Positions 39,866 to 48,530 of a stretch of 60,354 bases of DNA are shown here, one piece after another (the stretch's first letter is position 1; each line of letters starts with the position of its first letter). The translations under genes and the position numbers were made by a program. Below the pieces are notes generated by a model. That model did no database searches, was not told where the DNA came from, and saw only the letters and a program-made list of their open reading frames with translations. The DNA is taken from NCBI GenBank assembly GCA_017516345.1, contig JAFXDC010000027.1, positions 1 to 60,354 of the forward strand, given 5' to 3'. This stretch comes from Clostridia bacterium (GTDB lineage: Bacteria; Bacillota; Clostridia; Christensenellales; QALW01).

Positions 39866-41771
39866 CAGTCTTTCCTCCTGTCTTTATAAAGTGTCTCAGC
39901 TTTGTAACGACCGCCTTGACTACAAAGAGTACCACAAGCACGAGTATAACGGTCATTATCCAAGGCATCGCTATCTCAAGTTTCTCGTTGCGCAGCTTTG
40001 CAAAGGCCTCTGCATACTCAACGTTATTGTAAGCCTTCATGAAGTTCTCGCAGGCATCCTCATACTCGCCGCGAACGTACTGGATTCGTCCAAGTCCGTT
40101 AAAGGCAAGTCTGGAGTTGGAGGCCTGATCCAGAACCTCGTTCCACTGCTCGATCGCGCGGTCGTACTCTCGGTTCTGCTGGCTCATGGTAGCACTTCTT
40201 ATAAGCTTTCCGTACTCGGTGGGCTTAAAGATGGTTATCTGTCCGGTGGAAGAGTCAAGCACCGCAATGATCATCTGCTTGTAGGTCTCTGCCTCGGGAT
40301 CGTCCGCTGCGATGATTCCGTCCTCAACCGCCGCAAAGGGGAACAGGTTGATGGCAACCGGATCGGTAAATGCACCGTTAACGTTACCCTTGGCACCGAA
40401 GATGAACAAAAGCTCACCCTCTACGTTGTAGGTAAAGACCCTACCCTTGTTGTTGTCAAGTGCATGGTAGATGCCGTCGCTGGCAACCGCAATGTCCACC
40501 ATTGCAGAGTAGTTTTCTCTTGTGATGTCATATCCAAGGTCACCCGACGGAGGATATACGTCGTTTCTCTTAAGAATATCGTCACCGATAGGAGATATTC
40601 TCTTGATGGCGGCACCGATCTCGGATTTAGAGGTAAAGTGACTGTGAAGGTCGCTTCCCTCAATACTGTTGATGGTACCGTAGATCATCTCATCAGTGTC
40701 CAAGCAGATATTGCTGTACTCGGTGGACAGGTTAAGGGTGGTACCCTTCTTCTGATCATCGGTAAGAATTCTGTTAAGGAGCTGGGAAAGGGTCTGCTTA
40801 ACCTTGGTTGCACCGGTAAACTTGGTGAAGGCACCGTCAGAGCTGAGCTCGATGAGTCCCTTGTGGTTACCCTTGGATACAACGTACATGGTGCCCGAGG
40901 CGGTAATGGCTACCTTGATGGGCTTGTACTGGTTGTTGGTGGTGGCATTGTCGGTCTGAGGCTGATCGGGCTCCTCGGTATCGCCCTCGGTGTCGTCCTC
41001 GGTGTCGTCCTCGGTGTCGCCCTCGGTGTCGCCCTCGGTGTCGCCCTCGGTGTCACCCTCGGTATCACCCTCAGTGTCACCCTCGGTGTCGCCCTCGGGA
41101 GTCTCCGGAGCCACGGTGGTACCGTCCTCGGGAAGGAGGCCCTCCGAGCCGTCACCCTCAGCGCTCAGAAGCTCGTCCAATCCCTTAGGCTTGTCAAAGA
41201 GTCTGTCGCACTGATATTTGCCGTTCTCGTCAAGAACAAAGCGGAATATACGGCCGTTGCCGGTGTCACAAACGTAAAGTCTGCCCTGAGAGTCAAAGGT
41301 TACACCCTCGGGAGCATTTACCTTATAGCGAATGCCGTTAAGCATAAATCCGGTAAGGTCGGTAACCACTGCCTGATAGAGCTTATTGCCGTTCTCATCA
41401 AGCTTGTGCTCGCCGTTCTCGTCAAGCACGGGCTTGGTCTCGGTAATTACCGTGGGCTGGCAAAGCAGCTGCTTTTGTGCATATTTTACGTTAAGAATTA
41501 CTATACGGTTGTTGCCCGTATCGGCGATAGCAATATCACCGTTAACGGGGGAGGCCGACATGTCCTCCGGCTTGTTGAGCTTCATGCCGTTGGTTCCGTC
41601 AAACAGTCCCATGGTTACCGAATCGATAACCTTATAGGGAGTATACGCCTGAGGTTCGGCAGTAACGAAGCCTCTGTGGAAGCTGTAGTTATAATAAGGT
41701 GCGGCAAAGGCAGTTACACCCATTGCACAGCACATTATCACTGCTACAACCGCTGCGAAAATCTTCTTCAT
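39858..41771 (-). CDS. NHL-repeat beta-propeller / TPR protein with signal peptide and C-terminal TM
   Basis: LNKPEDM..IADTGNNRI and PEGVTFD..G.LYVCDTGNGRI NHL repeats; TPR-like A..GLGR..Y..GEY..A...F..A; C-terminal TM. Confidence 0.85.
   Translation of the reverse strand: MKKIFAAVVAVIMCCAMGVTAFAAPYYNYSFHRGFVTAEPQAYTPYKVIDSVTMGLFDGTNGMKLNKPEDMSASPVNGDIAIADTGNNRIVILNVKYAQKQLLCQPTVITETKPVLDENGEHKLDENGNKLYQAVVTDLTGFMLNGIRYKVNAPEGVTFDSQGRLYVCDTGNGRIFRFVLDENGKYQCDRLFDKPKGLDELLSAEGDGSEGLLPEDGTTVAPETPEGDTEGDTEGDTEGDTEGDTEGDTEGDTEDDTEDDTEGDTEEPDQPQTDNATTNNQYKPIKVAITASGTMYVVSKGNHKGLIELSSDGAFTKFTGATKVKQTLSQLLNRILTDDQKKGTTLNLSTEYSNICLDTDEMIYGTINSIEGSDLHSHFTSKSEIGAAIKRISPIGDDILKRNDVYPPSGDLGYDITRENYSAMVDIAVASDGIYHALDNNKGRVFTYNVEGELLFIFGAKGNVNGAFTDPVAINLFPFAAVEDGIIAADDPEAETYKQMIIAVLDSSTGQITIFKPTEYGKLIRSATMSQQNREYDRAIEQWNEVLDQASNSRLAFNGLGRIQYVRGEYEDACENFMKAYNNVEYAEAFAKLRNEKLEIAMPWIMTVILVLVVLFVVKAVVTKLRHFIKTGGKTDE
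40977..41096. repeat. 12-bp x10 coding minisatellite (EGDT/EDDT)
   Basis: Ten copies of ggtgtcgccctc and variants, encoding (EGDT)7(EDDT)2(EGDT). Confidence 0.95.
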
Positions 41772-41788
41772 CTTCTCTGCTGACCTCC

Positions 41789-42643
41789 TTAATCCTTCAT
41801 ACCCGAGGTAGCCATTGTTTCGATGATGTTACTCTGGGAGATTACGAACATTACGATCGGAACCGCCATCATAACTACGGTAACAGCGTTACCAACACCG
41901 GCACGGGCAATACCTACGGAGATTATCTGTTGAAGTGCATAAGCTATGGTCTTAAGGCTCTCGGACTGAATGTAGATGGATGCACCCGCATTCCAAAGGC
42001 CCTGAACCGCAAAGATCATAAGTGTAAGCCATGCACTCTTGATGTTGGGCATTACTATTGACCAGAATACCCTCAGATGGCTTGCACCGTCAACTCGCGC
42101 TGCCTCAACCACCGCCATGGGGATCTGGGTCATAAAGCTTCTTATAAGGTGCAGACCCATTGCTGAGGAGAATACCGGCACGATAAGCGCCCACTGGGTG
42201 TTGATGAAGCCCAGGCTGGACATTATCATGTAGGAGGGTATCCACAAAACTGCGCCGTTGAACATAAGAGCAAGCTCAATGAGCTTTGTGATGAATCTGT
42301 TTCCGGGGAATCTGTGCAGAGAGAGTGCAAATGCGCAAAGCGAGCAGCAAACTATCTGACCTATGGTACCCGCAGCCGTTATAAACAAGGTGTTAAAGAA
42401 GTAACGGGTGAAGGGAACCCACGATGTGTTCATAAGCACGAACAGATCGGTATAGTTGGTGGTTACCCAGTTCTGCGGGAAAATGGTAGGCGGGAAGCGG
42501 AACAGCTCGTCGTTAGGCTTGAAGGAGCTACCAATGGCATAAAGCATGGGAAGAACCATGAATGCACCTATCAGAAGCAGGAACAGTACGGTTGCTATAT
42601 CACCGCCCAAGGAACGGTTTACCTTTTTATATCTTCTTGCCAT
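41789..42643 (-). CDS. Carbohydrate ABC permease (MalG-like), first pair
   Basis: SFKP..ELF.FPP, VEAARVDGA, IIETMATSGMK end. Confidence 0.93.
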   Translation of the reverse strand: MARRYKKVNRSLGGDIATVLFLLLIGAFMVLPMLYAIGSSFKPNDELFRFPPTIFPQNWVTTNYTDLFVLMNTSWVPFTRYFFNTLFITAAGTIGQIVCCSLCAFALSLHRFPGNRFITKLIELALMFNGAVLWIPSYMIMSSLGFINTQWALIVPVFSSAMGLHLIRSFMTQIPMAVVEAARVDGASHLRVFWSIVMPNIKSAWLTLMIFAVQGLWNAGASIYIQSESLKTIAYALQQIISVGIARAGVGNAVTVVMMAVPIVMFVISQSNIIETMATSGMKD

Positions 42644-42646
42644 TTA

Positions 42647-43591
42647 TCACTCACCTACCTTGTAAATGATCTTTTGGATCAGCTTGTTGCATATTACCAT
42701 CAGGAAGAACAGCACCGTGGTCAGCGCGCAGGCATAGCCCATCTCCATTCGGCTTCCGCCGTAATCCTGAATGTGCAGCAAAAGGGTATGTGCTACGTAG
42801 TCCTGAGTGGGATATCCCGCAAGTGCGGTTATCTGGTCACCTACCGAGAAGGCACTGGTGATACTCATAATAGCACCGAAGAGCATCTGCGGTCTCATAT
42901 AGGGCAGGGTGATGTACCAAAGCTCCTGCCAACGGTTCTTAACACCGTCAAGAGCGCCTGCCTCAAACAGCGTACGGTCTACGTTCTGGAAGCCCGCAAT
43001 AAAGGTAAGGAAGGATACGCCCAAGCTGGACCACAGCAATACTATGATACAGCACGGTACTATGTACGTTACGTCCTCAAGCCAACGGATGTTCTGGGTT
43101 ATAAGTCCAAGCTTGAGCAGGTTACCGTTTAACAGACCGTAGGTATCGGAGGAGAATATCAGCTTCCATACCACGTATACGTTGGCAAGGGTAGGTGCGT
43201 AGTAAACAAGGGTCAGCACCGCTCTTACCTTGGGGGAAAGCTCGTTGATCAGCCACGCAAAGAACAGGGACAGTATGTATCCGCCCGGTCCAAGGATGAC
43301 CGCAAAGAGCATGGTGTTTCTGAACGCCGTCATGAACAGGTCGTCCGCTATAAACATTCTTACGTAGTTGTCCCAGAAGATGAACTTGGGGGCCTCAAGA
43401 ATGTTAAAGTAGGTGAATCCGTAGTAGATAGCGGTAATAACAGGTAAAACCGTAAGGGTTATAAACAGCGCCATGAAGGGCAGCATGAACAGATACAGCA
43501 CCTTGTTATTCCAAGCTTCTCTGAGCTTGGTCTTCATATAGTGACCTAAAAAGCTTTGCTTCTTGGGAGCAAACTGTGTTTCATTAGTCAT
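42647..43591 (-). CDS. Carbohydrate ABC permease (MalF-like), first pair
   Basis: FTYFN.LE.P.F..W.NY, LFEAGALDG..NRWQELWYITLP, RMEMGYA motifs. Confidence 0.93.
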   Translation of the reverse strand: MTNETQFAPKKQSFLGHYMKTKLREAWNNKVLYLFMLPFMALFITLTVLPVITAIYYGFTYFNILEAPKFIFWDNYVRMFIADDLFMTAFRNTMLFAVILGPGGYILSLFFAWLINELSPKVRAVLTLVYYAPTLANVYVVWKLIFSSDTYGLLNGNLLKLGLITQNIRWLEDVTYIVPCCIIVLLWSSLGVSFLTFIAGFQNVDRTLFEAGALDGVKNRWQELWYITLPYMRPQMLFGAIMSITSAFSVGDQITALAGYPTQDYVAHTLLLHIQDYGGSRMEMGYACALTTVLFFLMVICNKLIQKIIYKVGE

Positions 43592-43605
43592 TTTCTACCC
43601 CTCCT

Positions 43606-46600
43606 TTACCAAAGATCCTTGTTGTCAAGCTTATCCTGGAACTCGGCACGCTTACGGGCGATCTCATCGTTTACTATCTTGGAATACTCAAGAAGTATAA
43701 GGTTGCTGTCGCCGTTGGTGTTGATTACCTCTTTCCAAGCAAACTCAACGTTACGTCCCATGTAGTACGAGCCCGGTACCTCGGGAACTCCGCGCACGTA
43801 CTGCCACTGGTCAAGTATAGCATCAAGGCTCTTCTTGTCCCAGGGGAGCTGCTCTACTGCCGCCATGTTAGCGGTCTGATAACGTGCAGCGCTTCCAAGC
43901 AAGCTCTCGATCTCACGGCCGAAGAGTGCCTGAGCCTCGGTTCCTGTCCACCAGGACATGAACTTCCATGCGTTCTCCTGATTCTCGCAGGTGGAAAGCA
44001 TGATGCATACTGCGCCGCCACCGGAGGTGGTGTAGTCTATCGTGCCGTCCTCGCGTACGGTGCCGGGAACCTTCTTGAATTCCCATACGCCGCTGATCTC
44101 GGGTGCAAATACGCTAAGAGTGTTATAAGCACTGTAGCCTGCGATGGCCACCGGGATCTCGCCGGAACGGAAACGGTTTGCAAAGTCGTAGGAGTTGGGC
44201 AGACGCTTAACAGTGAAGAGGTTGGTCCAGATCTTGAAGGCATCAAGCGCCTCGTCCGAATCAAGATTTCCTCTGATTCCGTCATACTCATACTCATCGC
44301 TCATTACGTAGATCTCGCCGCCCTGCTGATAAAGCAGAGTAGCATATATACCCAGTGTGCCGCCAACCATGCCAAGCACGGGAACCGGCATACCGAAGTT
44401 CATGGATTTATTCTGGAGAAGCGGAAGGATATTGTAGATATCGTCCCAGGTATCAAGGTCGGTCTCGGGATTGATTCCAAGCTCCTCAAGAACGTCGGTT
44501 CTGTAGTAGAGCATGTTGAAATCCTGAGTCTCGGGCAGACCGTAGATGCCTGTACGGAAGCGAACAGGGGTAAGGGCACTTTCATGGAACTGTGCAAAGA
44601 CCTCTTCTCTGTTTGCGAATTTGTCCTGGTTAAGGTTTACAACCGCGCCGCGCAAAGCGTAGTTGACCGCATCGCTCGAGCCTCTGGAGAGACATACGTC
44701 GGGGCCGTTGCCTGCAAGGGTGGCGGGGAGAAGTGCTCCACCTGCAACCAGCTTGAGGTTTACGGCTACGTTGTGCACCATGCTGAAGCGGGAGTCGATG
44801 ATCTGCTTAAGTACGTTAGCGTTATCTCTGTTACCTGCGTTTCCCGCACCGGTCTCGATCCATACCTCTACCGGATCTGCATCCTCAATGGTAACAGAGC
44901 CGATGGTATCGTAATCCTCGGTAAAGGAAGCGATGAAGGAGGACAGCTCGTGAACAAGTCTGTCAAAGAAGCCTGCATCTCCCTCGGGAAGCTCACGGTC
45001 GGGCGAGCAAACGATTATGTAGTCAAGCTGTAAGGGCTGCTGGCGCATGTTGTTGATCCATGTTCCCAGAGCCGCAATGTTATCCTTAATGTCGGTGAAG
45101 CGCTCCTTAAGGGTGTCCATTCTCTTCTCAACGTCGTCAAGAATAAGGATGAGCTTACGAAGAACGCTGGACTGCTCGTTGGCCTTTCCGTCATAAGCGT
45201 CCATTACCCTCTTCTCGATGTCCTTAAGACGTGCATTCTCCTCCTTGAAGGTGCGAAGCGCACCGGGAGCTACCTTGTCAAACTGGTAGTCACGGTTAAG
45301 GTCGGGGGATGCACCGGTAAGCATAAGGATCTGACGGTATGCCTGGTTAAGATTGGTAAGGCATTCCTCGGTATCCTGAAGTATATCGCTGAGGTTGCCA
45401 AGGGTGACCTCCATGCGGATGGTGTGCTTTCCGGGCTCAAGGTAGAAGGTCATATACTCACGGTCCTGGCTTGCGCCCACCTGATACATAACGTAGTTGG
45501 TGGTGTAACCAAAGATCATGTCGTTGGTCTCCTGGGTTACCTCCTTACCGTCGAGCATAAAGCGTCTGTGAGCGTTTGCGCCGCCCATTACGTTCTGCTT
45601 CGCCTTCAGGGCGATCTTGTAAAGGCCTGCGGTCTTTACCTCAAAGCTCCACTCCATCCAGGAGCCTACGTACTGCCACTTCTCGCCGCCGATAGAATTC
45701 AGACGGATCTTGCTGGTGTGGTAGGGCTCCATGCTGGGTGTAGAGCGGTCGCTGATGGCGTAAAGGGTAGGATCGCTCTTATCCGAGGGATCCTCAGCCT
45801 GTATCTTTATAAAGGTATCATCGTTGTCGGGAACCGCAACGTAGCCCTTATCCTTGTACTGCTGTGCAAGCTCTGCATAGGTAACGGGAGCCTGGTACTG
45901 GTAAAGGGTAACCTCGCCTATGGCGAAGGTCTCGCTTATGGGAGTAAGAGCTAAAACGTGCTCACCTTTTTCAAGATAGAAGGCCAAAGGAATGGAATAA
46001 TAGCCCAGATAATCGCGAACGATTCCGGTCTGCCAGCCCTCTTTTTCTATCTGGAAGGGACGAAGCTCGTTATTGGTCTTCTCGTCAAGCTTTATGGGCG
46101 TCTCGTTCTTCCACATACGGGTGAAGTTGATCTGACGGGCGTCATAATAGGGCAGCTTGCCGTCAATATAAACGCCTCTGCCGATGTCCGAGCCCTTGGA
46201 AGAGTATTTTGTAACACTGCTTCCGTTGTCAACCTCGAAGCTAAGGAAGGTGTAATAGGTTACCTTGAGGTTATAAAGACCTGTCTCGGGCACGTTTACC
46301 TTCCATCCTATTATATTATTGTCATCCGAAACCACCGCTTCCACACCTTCAAAGGTGCCCATGGGCATCTTCTTGTCGGTAGCGTTGAAATCCGCGTCAA
46401 GAACCGTATGATCCTTGGCGGATAACACTATTTGGGTATTCGGACGTGCCGCAGTAGCATACTTGGCTATATAGCTGTCGTACGCTTCGGCCTTCGCGGT
46501 AGATTTGATACCGCTGTCGGTTGAGTTTGTCGCGGCTACCGTAGCCGTGTCGCCCTGAGCAAATGCGCTTATGCCCAACATGGACGCACACAGTGCAACT

Positions 46601-46638
46601 AACAGTAATGCCGCCAACAGTTTCTTACCGATTGCCAT
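43606..46638 (-). CDS. Very large (~1010 aa) extracellular solute-binding protein with N-terminal beta-sandwich/CBM-like and helical domains
   Basis: Signal peptide (AFA|Q); W.V.VP..GLY.L and W.FEV..AGLY.I modules; C-terminal SBP motifs GPDV, YGLPETQ.F...YYR.D, W....VPG, AW.FM.WW; start ATG 46638 after GGAGG. Confidence 0.88.
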   Translation of the reverse strand: MAIGKKLLAALLLVALCASMLGISAFAQGDTATVAATNSTDSGIKSTAKAEAYDSYIAKYATAARPNTQIVLSAKDHTVLDADFNATDKKMPMGTFEGVEAVVSDDNNIIGWKVNVPETGLYNLKVTYYTFLSFEVDNGSSVTKYSSKGSDIGRGVYIDGKLPYYDARQINFTRMWKNETPIKLDEKTNNELRPFQIEKEGWQTGIVRDYLGYYSIPLAFYLEKGEHVLALTPISETFAIGEVTLYQYQAPVTYAELAQQYKDKGYVAVPDNDDTFIKIQAEDPSDKSDPTLYAISDRSTPSMEPYHTSKIRLNSIGGEKWQYVGSWMEWSFEVKTAGLYKIALKAKQNVMGGANAHRRFMLDGKEVTQETNDMIFGYTTNYVMYQVGASQDREYMTFYLEPGKHTIRMEVTLGNLSDILQDTEECLTNLNQAYRQILMLTGASPDLNRDYQFDKVAPGALRTFKEENARLKDIEKRVMDAYDGKANEQSSVLRKLILILDDVEKRMDTLKERFTDIKDNIAALGTWINNMRQQPLQLDYIIVCSPDRELPEGDAGFFDRLVHELSSFIASFTEDYDTIGSVTIEDADPVEVWIETGAGNAGNRDNANVLKQIIDSRFSMVHNVAVNLKLVAGGALLPATLAGNGPDVCLSRGSSDAVNYALRGAVVNLNQDKFANREEVFAQFHESALTPVRFRTGIYGLPETQDFNMLYYRTDVLEELGINPETDLDTWDDIYNILPLLQNKSMNFGMPVPVLGMVGGTLGIYATLLYQQGGEIYVMSDEYEYDGIRGNLDSDEALDAFKIWTNLFTVKRLPNSYDFANRFRSGEIPVAIAGYSAYNTLSVFAPEISGVWEFKKVPGTVREDGTIDYTTSGGGAVCIMLSTCENQENAWKFMSWWTGTEAQALFGREIESLLGSAARYQTANMAAVEQLPWDKKSLDAILDQWQYVRGVPEVPGSYYMGRNVEFAWKEVINTNGDSNLILLEYSKIVNDEIARKRAEFQDKLDNKDLW

Positions 46639-46767
46639 TTGTGTTTCCCTCCGTTTGTAAAAAATATTGTAATTTGATACCAAAAACGCGGTACCTGCGC
46701 TCGTGTGGGACGGAATTTATCCCAATTCAAAATGTAGATAGACTCCCCCACGCATTATAACGTCTAT

Positions 46768-46797
46768 ATCATAACCCATTACCCCCCCGCGTGTCAA
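46768..46797 (-). promoter_or_regulatory. Probable sigma-A promoter of the transporter operon
   Basis: TTGACA-N18-TATGAT on the minus strand, about 130 nt upstream of the start codon. Confidence 0.55.
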
Positions 46798-47091
46798 TAA
46801 AATTCATAAATTTTTTACAACAAAATGTCTGAAAATTTGACGAATTTCCCCGAAAAAGCTTTTAGGCGGGACTTAATTTATCCCACTTGTTCACAATTGC
46901 CCCTATCTCTCGCAGTTGGCCGTTTTCGCCGTTTTCACGACCTCGATAAGCATTTCTCCGATACATCAAGAAACATTTTTCCTTATATTAAATATATACT
47001 CACCGCATAAAAATAATGAAACAAAACCCTCCAAGCGGGCAAGAATGACCAAGCACAAGCCTCAAAAGCTCAATGGCACACCTCTGAAAAC

Positions 47092-47119
47092 AAAAAAACA
47101 CGCAAAAATGCGTGTCTTT
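47092..47119 (-). terminator. Terminator after the sigH-HAD genes
   Basis: ACACGCA-AAAA-TGCGTGT with A7 on the left (T7 on minus). Confidence 0.7.
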
Positions 47120-47163
47120 ACTGCTTTTCGTTTTAACTGCTTTTCGTTTTAACTGCCTTTCGT
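47120..47163. repeat. 16-bp intergenic tandem repeat (about 2.7 copies)
   Basis: actgcttttcgtttta actgcttttcgtttta actgcctttcgt. Confidence 0.85.
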
Positions 47164-47190
47164 ATGTTGGCCGTCCCTTAAGGCAGCTCC

Positions 47191-47868
47191 TTATTCTTCC
47201 GTCTCACCGTTTAACCTGCATGCCGTATTAAGGATGTCCTGCGGCTCCTCGGCAATGAAGGTGGCGCCGTTTTTCTCCAGCTCCTCGCGATCCCTGAAGC
47301 CCCAAAGCACCCCAACCGTGGGCATTTTTGCGGAATTTCCCGTCTGCATATCGGTGTCGGTATCCCCAACGTAGAGGCACTGCTCGGGCGAGCACCCAAG
47401 CGCACGGGCTATGTAGAGCACGCTGTCCGGCGCGGGCTTGCGCGGAAATTCCTCCCTTTTGCCAAGCACCAGGTCGAATATATCCCCAAAAAGAGCATTT
47501 ACCACCACCTGAGTCGCCTCGTCGGGCTTGTTTGAGCACACCGCAAGCTTGTAACCCTTCTCCTTAAGAAGTCCGATCAGCTCGCGTATCCCCTTATATG
47601 CATCGGTAAGATACATGGTGTCCTTAATATACATGCCGTTAAAATCCGCCACCATGGCGCTTACCACATCCTCGGTCGGCTCCTTGCCGCAGGCTATAAG
47701 CATATCCTGCATAAGCACCACGATGCCCCTGCCCACAAGATACCTGAAGCGCTCGGTCTCTATCGGCCCAAGCCCGAGATGTGCAAGAGTCCTGTTACCG
47801 TAGTACGCCAGGGTGGTAAGGGTGTCGGCAAGAGTGCCGTCCAGGTCAAATATTACTGCTTTTATCAT
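47191..47868 (-). CDS. HAD-superfamily hydrolase (phosphoglycolate phosphatase-like)
   Basis: IFDLDGTL, SNK, KP.P, YVGD...D and GVLWGFR motifs; ATGA overlap with sigH. Confidence 0.9.
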   Translation of the reverse strand: MIKAVIFDLDGTLADTLTTLAYYGNRTLAHLGLGPIETERFRYLVGRGIVVLMQDMLIACGKEPTEDVVSAMVADFNGMYIKDTMYLTDAYKGIRELIGLLKEKGYKLAVCSNKPDEATQVVVNALFGDIFDLVLGKREEFPRKPAPDSVLYIARALGCSPEQCLYVGDTDTDMQTGNSAKMPTVGVLWGFRDREELEKNGATFIAEEPQDILNTACRLNGETEE

Positions 47869-48470
47869 TTGTTTACTCCAAGCGGTCTTTCCAGCTTTTT
47901 TTTGATCCTCTGCAGGGCATTGTCCACGCTTTTCGGGCTTGCCTCAAGCTCGCGGGCAATGTCGCGGTAGCTCTCCCCCGCAAGATAAGCCGCAAGCACC
48001 TTCTTTTCAAAGTCGGACAGCAGCTCCTCTATTTTTTTGTTGATGTTTATATATTTTTCCTTGCTTATAAGCAACGCCTCGGGGTCATCCACACGGTTTG
48101 TCCCAAGCATATCCATCATGGTGCGCTCGGAATCCTCCGCGACCGGCCTGTTGAGGGAAACGTAGGAGTTGAGCGGACTGTGCTTCTGCCTCGTCGCCCC
48201 CTTTAACGCGCTGATGAGCTGCCTTCGTATGCAAAGGTCGGCAAATGCGGCAAACTCGGGATTTTTTTGGCTGTCGTAATCCCTCACCGCCTTGAAAAGC
48301 CCGAACATACCCTCCTGGATAAGATCCTCGGCCTCGGCTCCGATAATGAAATACGCCCTGGCTCTTGACAAAACAAGGGGCTTGTAATTCTTCATTATCA
48401 GCTCCAGCGCCTCGTCATCCCCGCTGTTGGCAAGCTGTATAAGCCTCTCCTCCGTGGAATTATCAGTCAT
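47865..48470 (-). CDS. sigH: RNA polymerase sigma-H factor
   Basis: YFIIGA..EDLIQEGM.GL.KA.RDY, RQKH.PLNSY.SL, KS.DNALQRIK.KL; follows rlmB. Confidence 0.95.
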   Translation of the reverse strand: MTDNSTEERLIQLANSGDDEALELIMKNYKPLVLSRARAYFIIGAEAEDLIQEGMFGLFKAVRDYDSQKNPEFAAFADLCIRRQLISALKGATRQKHSPLNSYVSLNRPVAEDSERTMMDMLGTNRVDDPEALLISKEKYININKKIEELLSDFEKKVLAAYLAGESYRDIARELEASPKSVDNALQRIKKKLERPLGVNK

Positions 48471-48530
48471 AAATTACCTCCGAAATAAGATTTATCTCTT
48501 TTTTGGAGATGGCATCACCTCGGCAGGGCA

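Noticed and set aside
39819-41783. 654-aa plus-strand ORF antisense to the NHL gene (also 37163-38944, 8472-10019, 3623-4999, 12071-12970, 51064-52161, 56482-57426)
   Set aside because: These are shadow ORFs opposite genuine genes with strong codon bias; they have no recognisable motifs or RBS and show V/L/G/H-skewed composition
47120-47163. CRISPR array
   Set aside because: The repeats are 16 bp, contiguous and without spacers, and there are no cas genes; the 12-bp array at 40977 is coding
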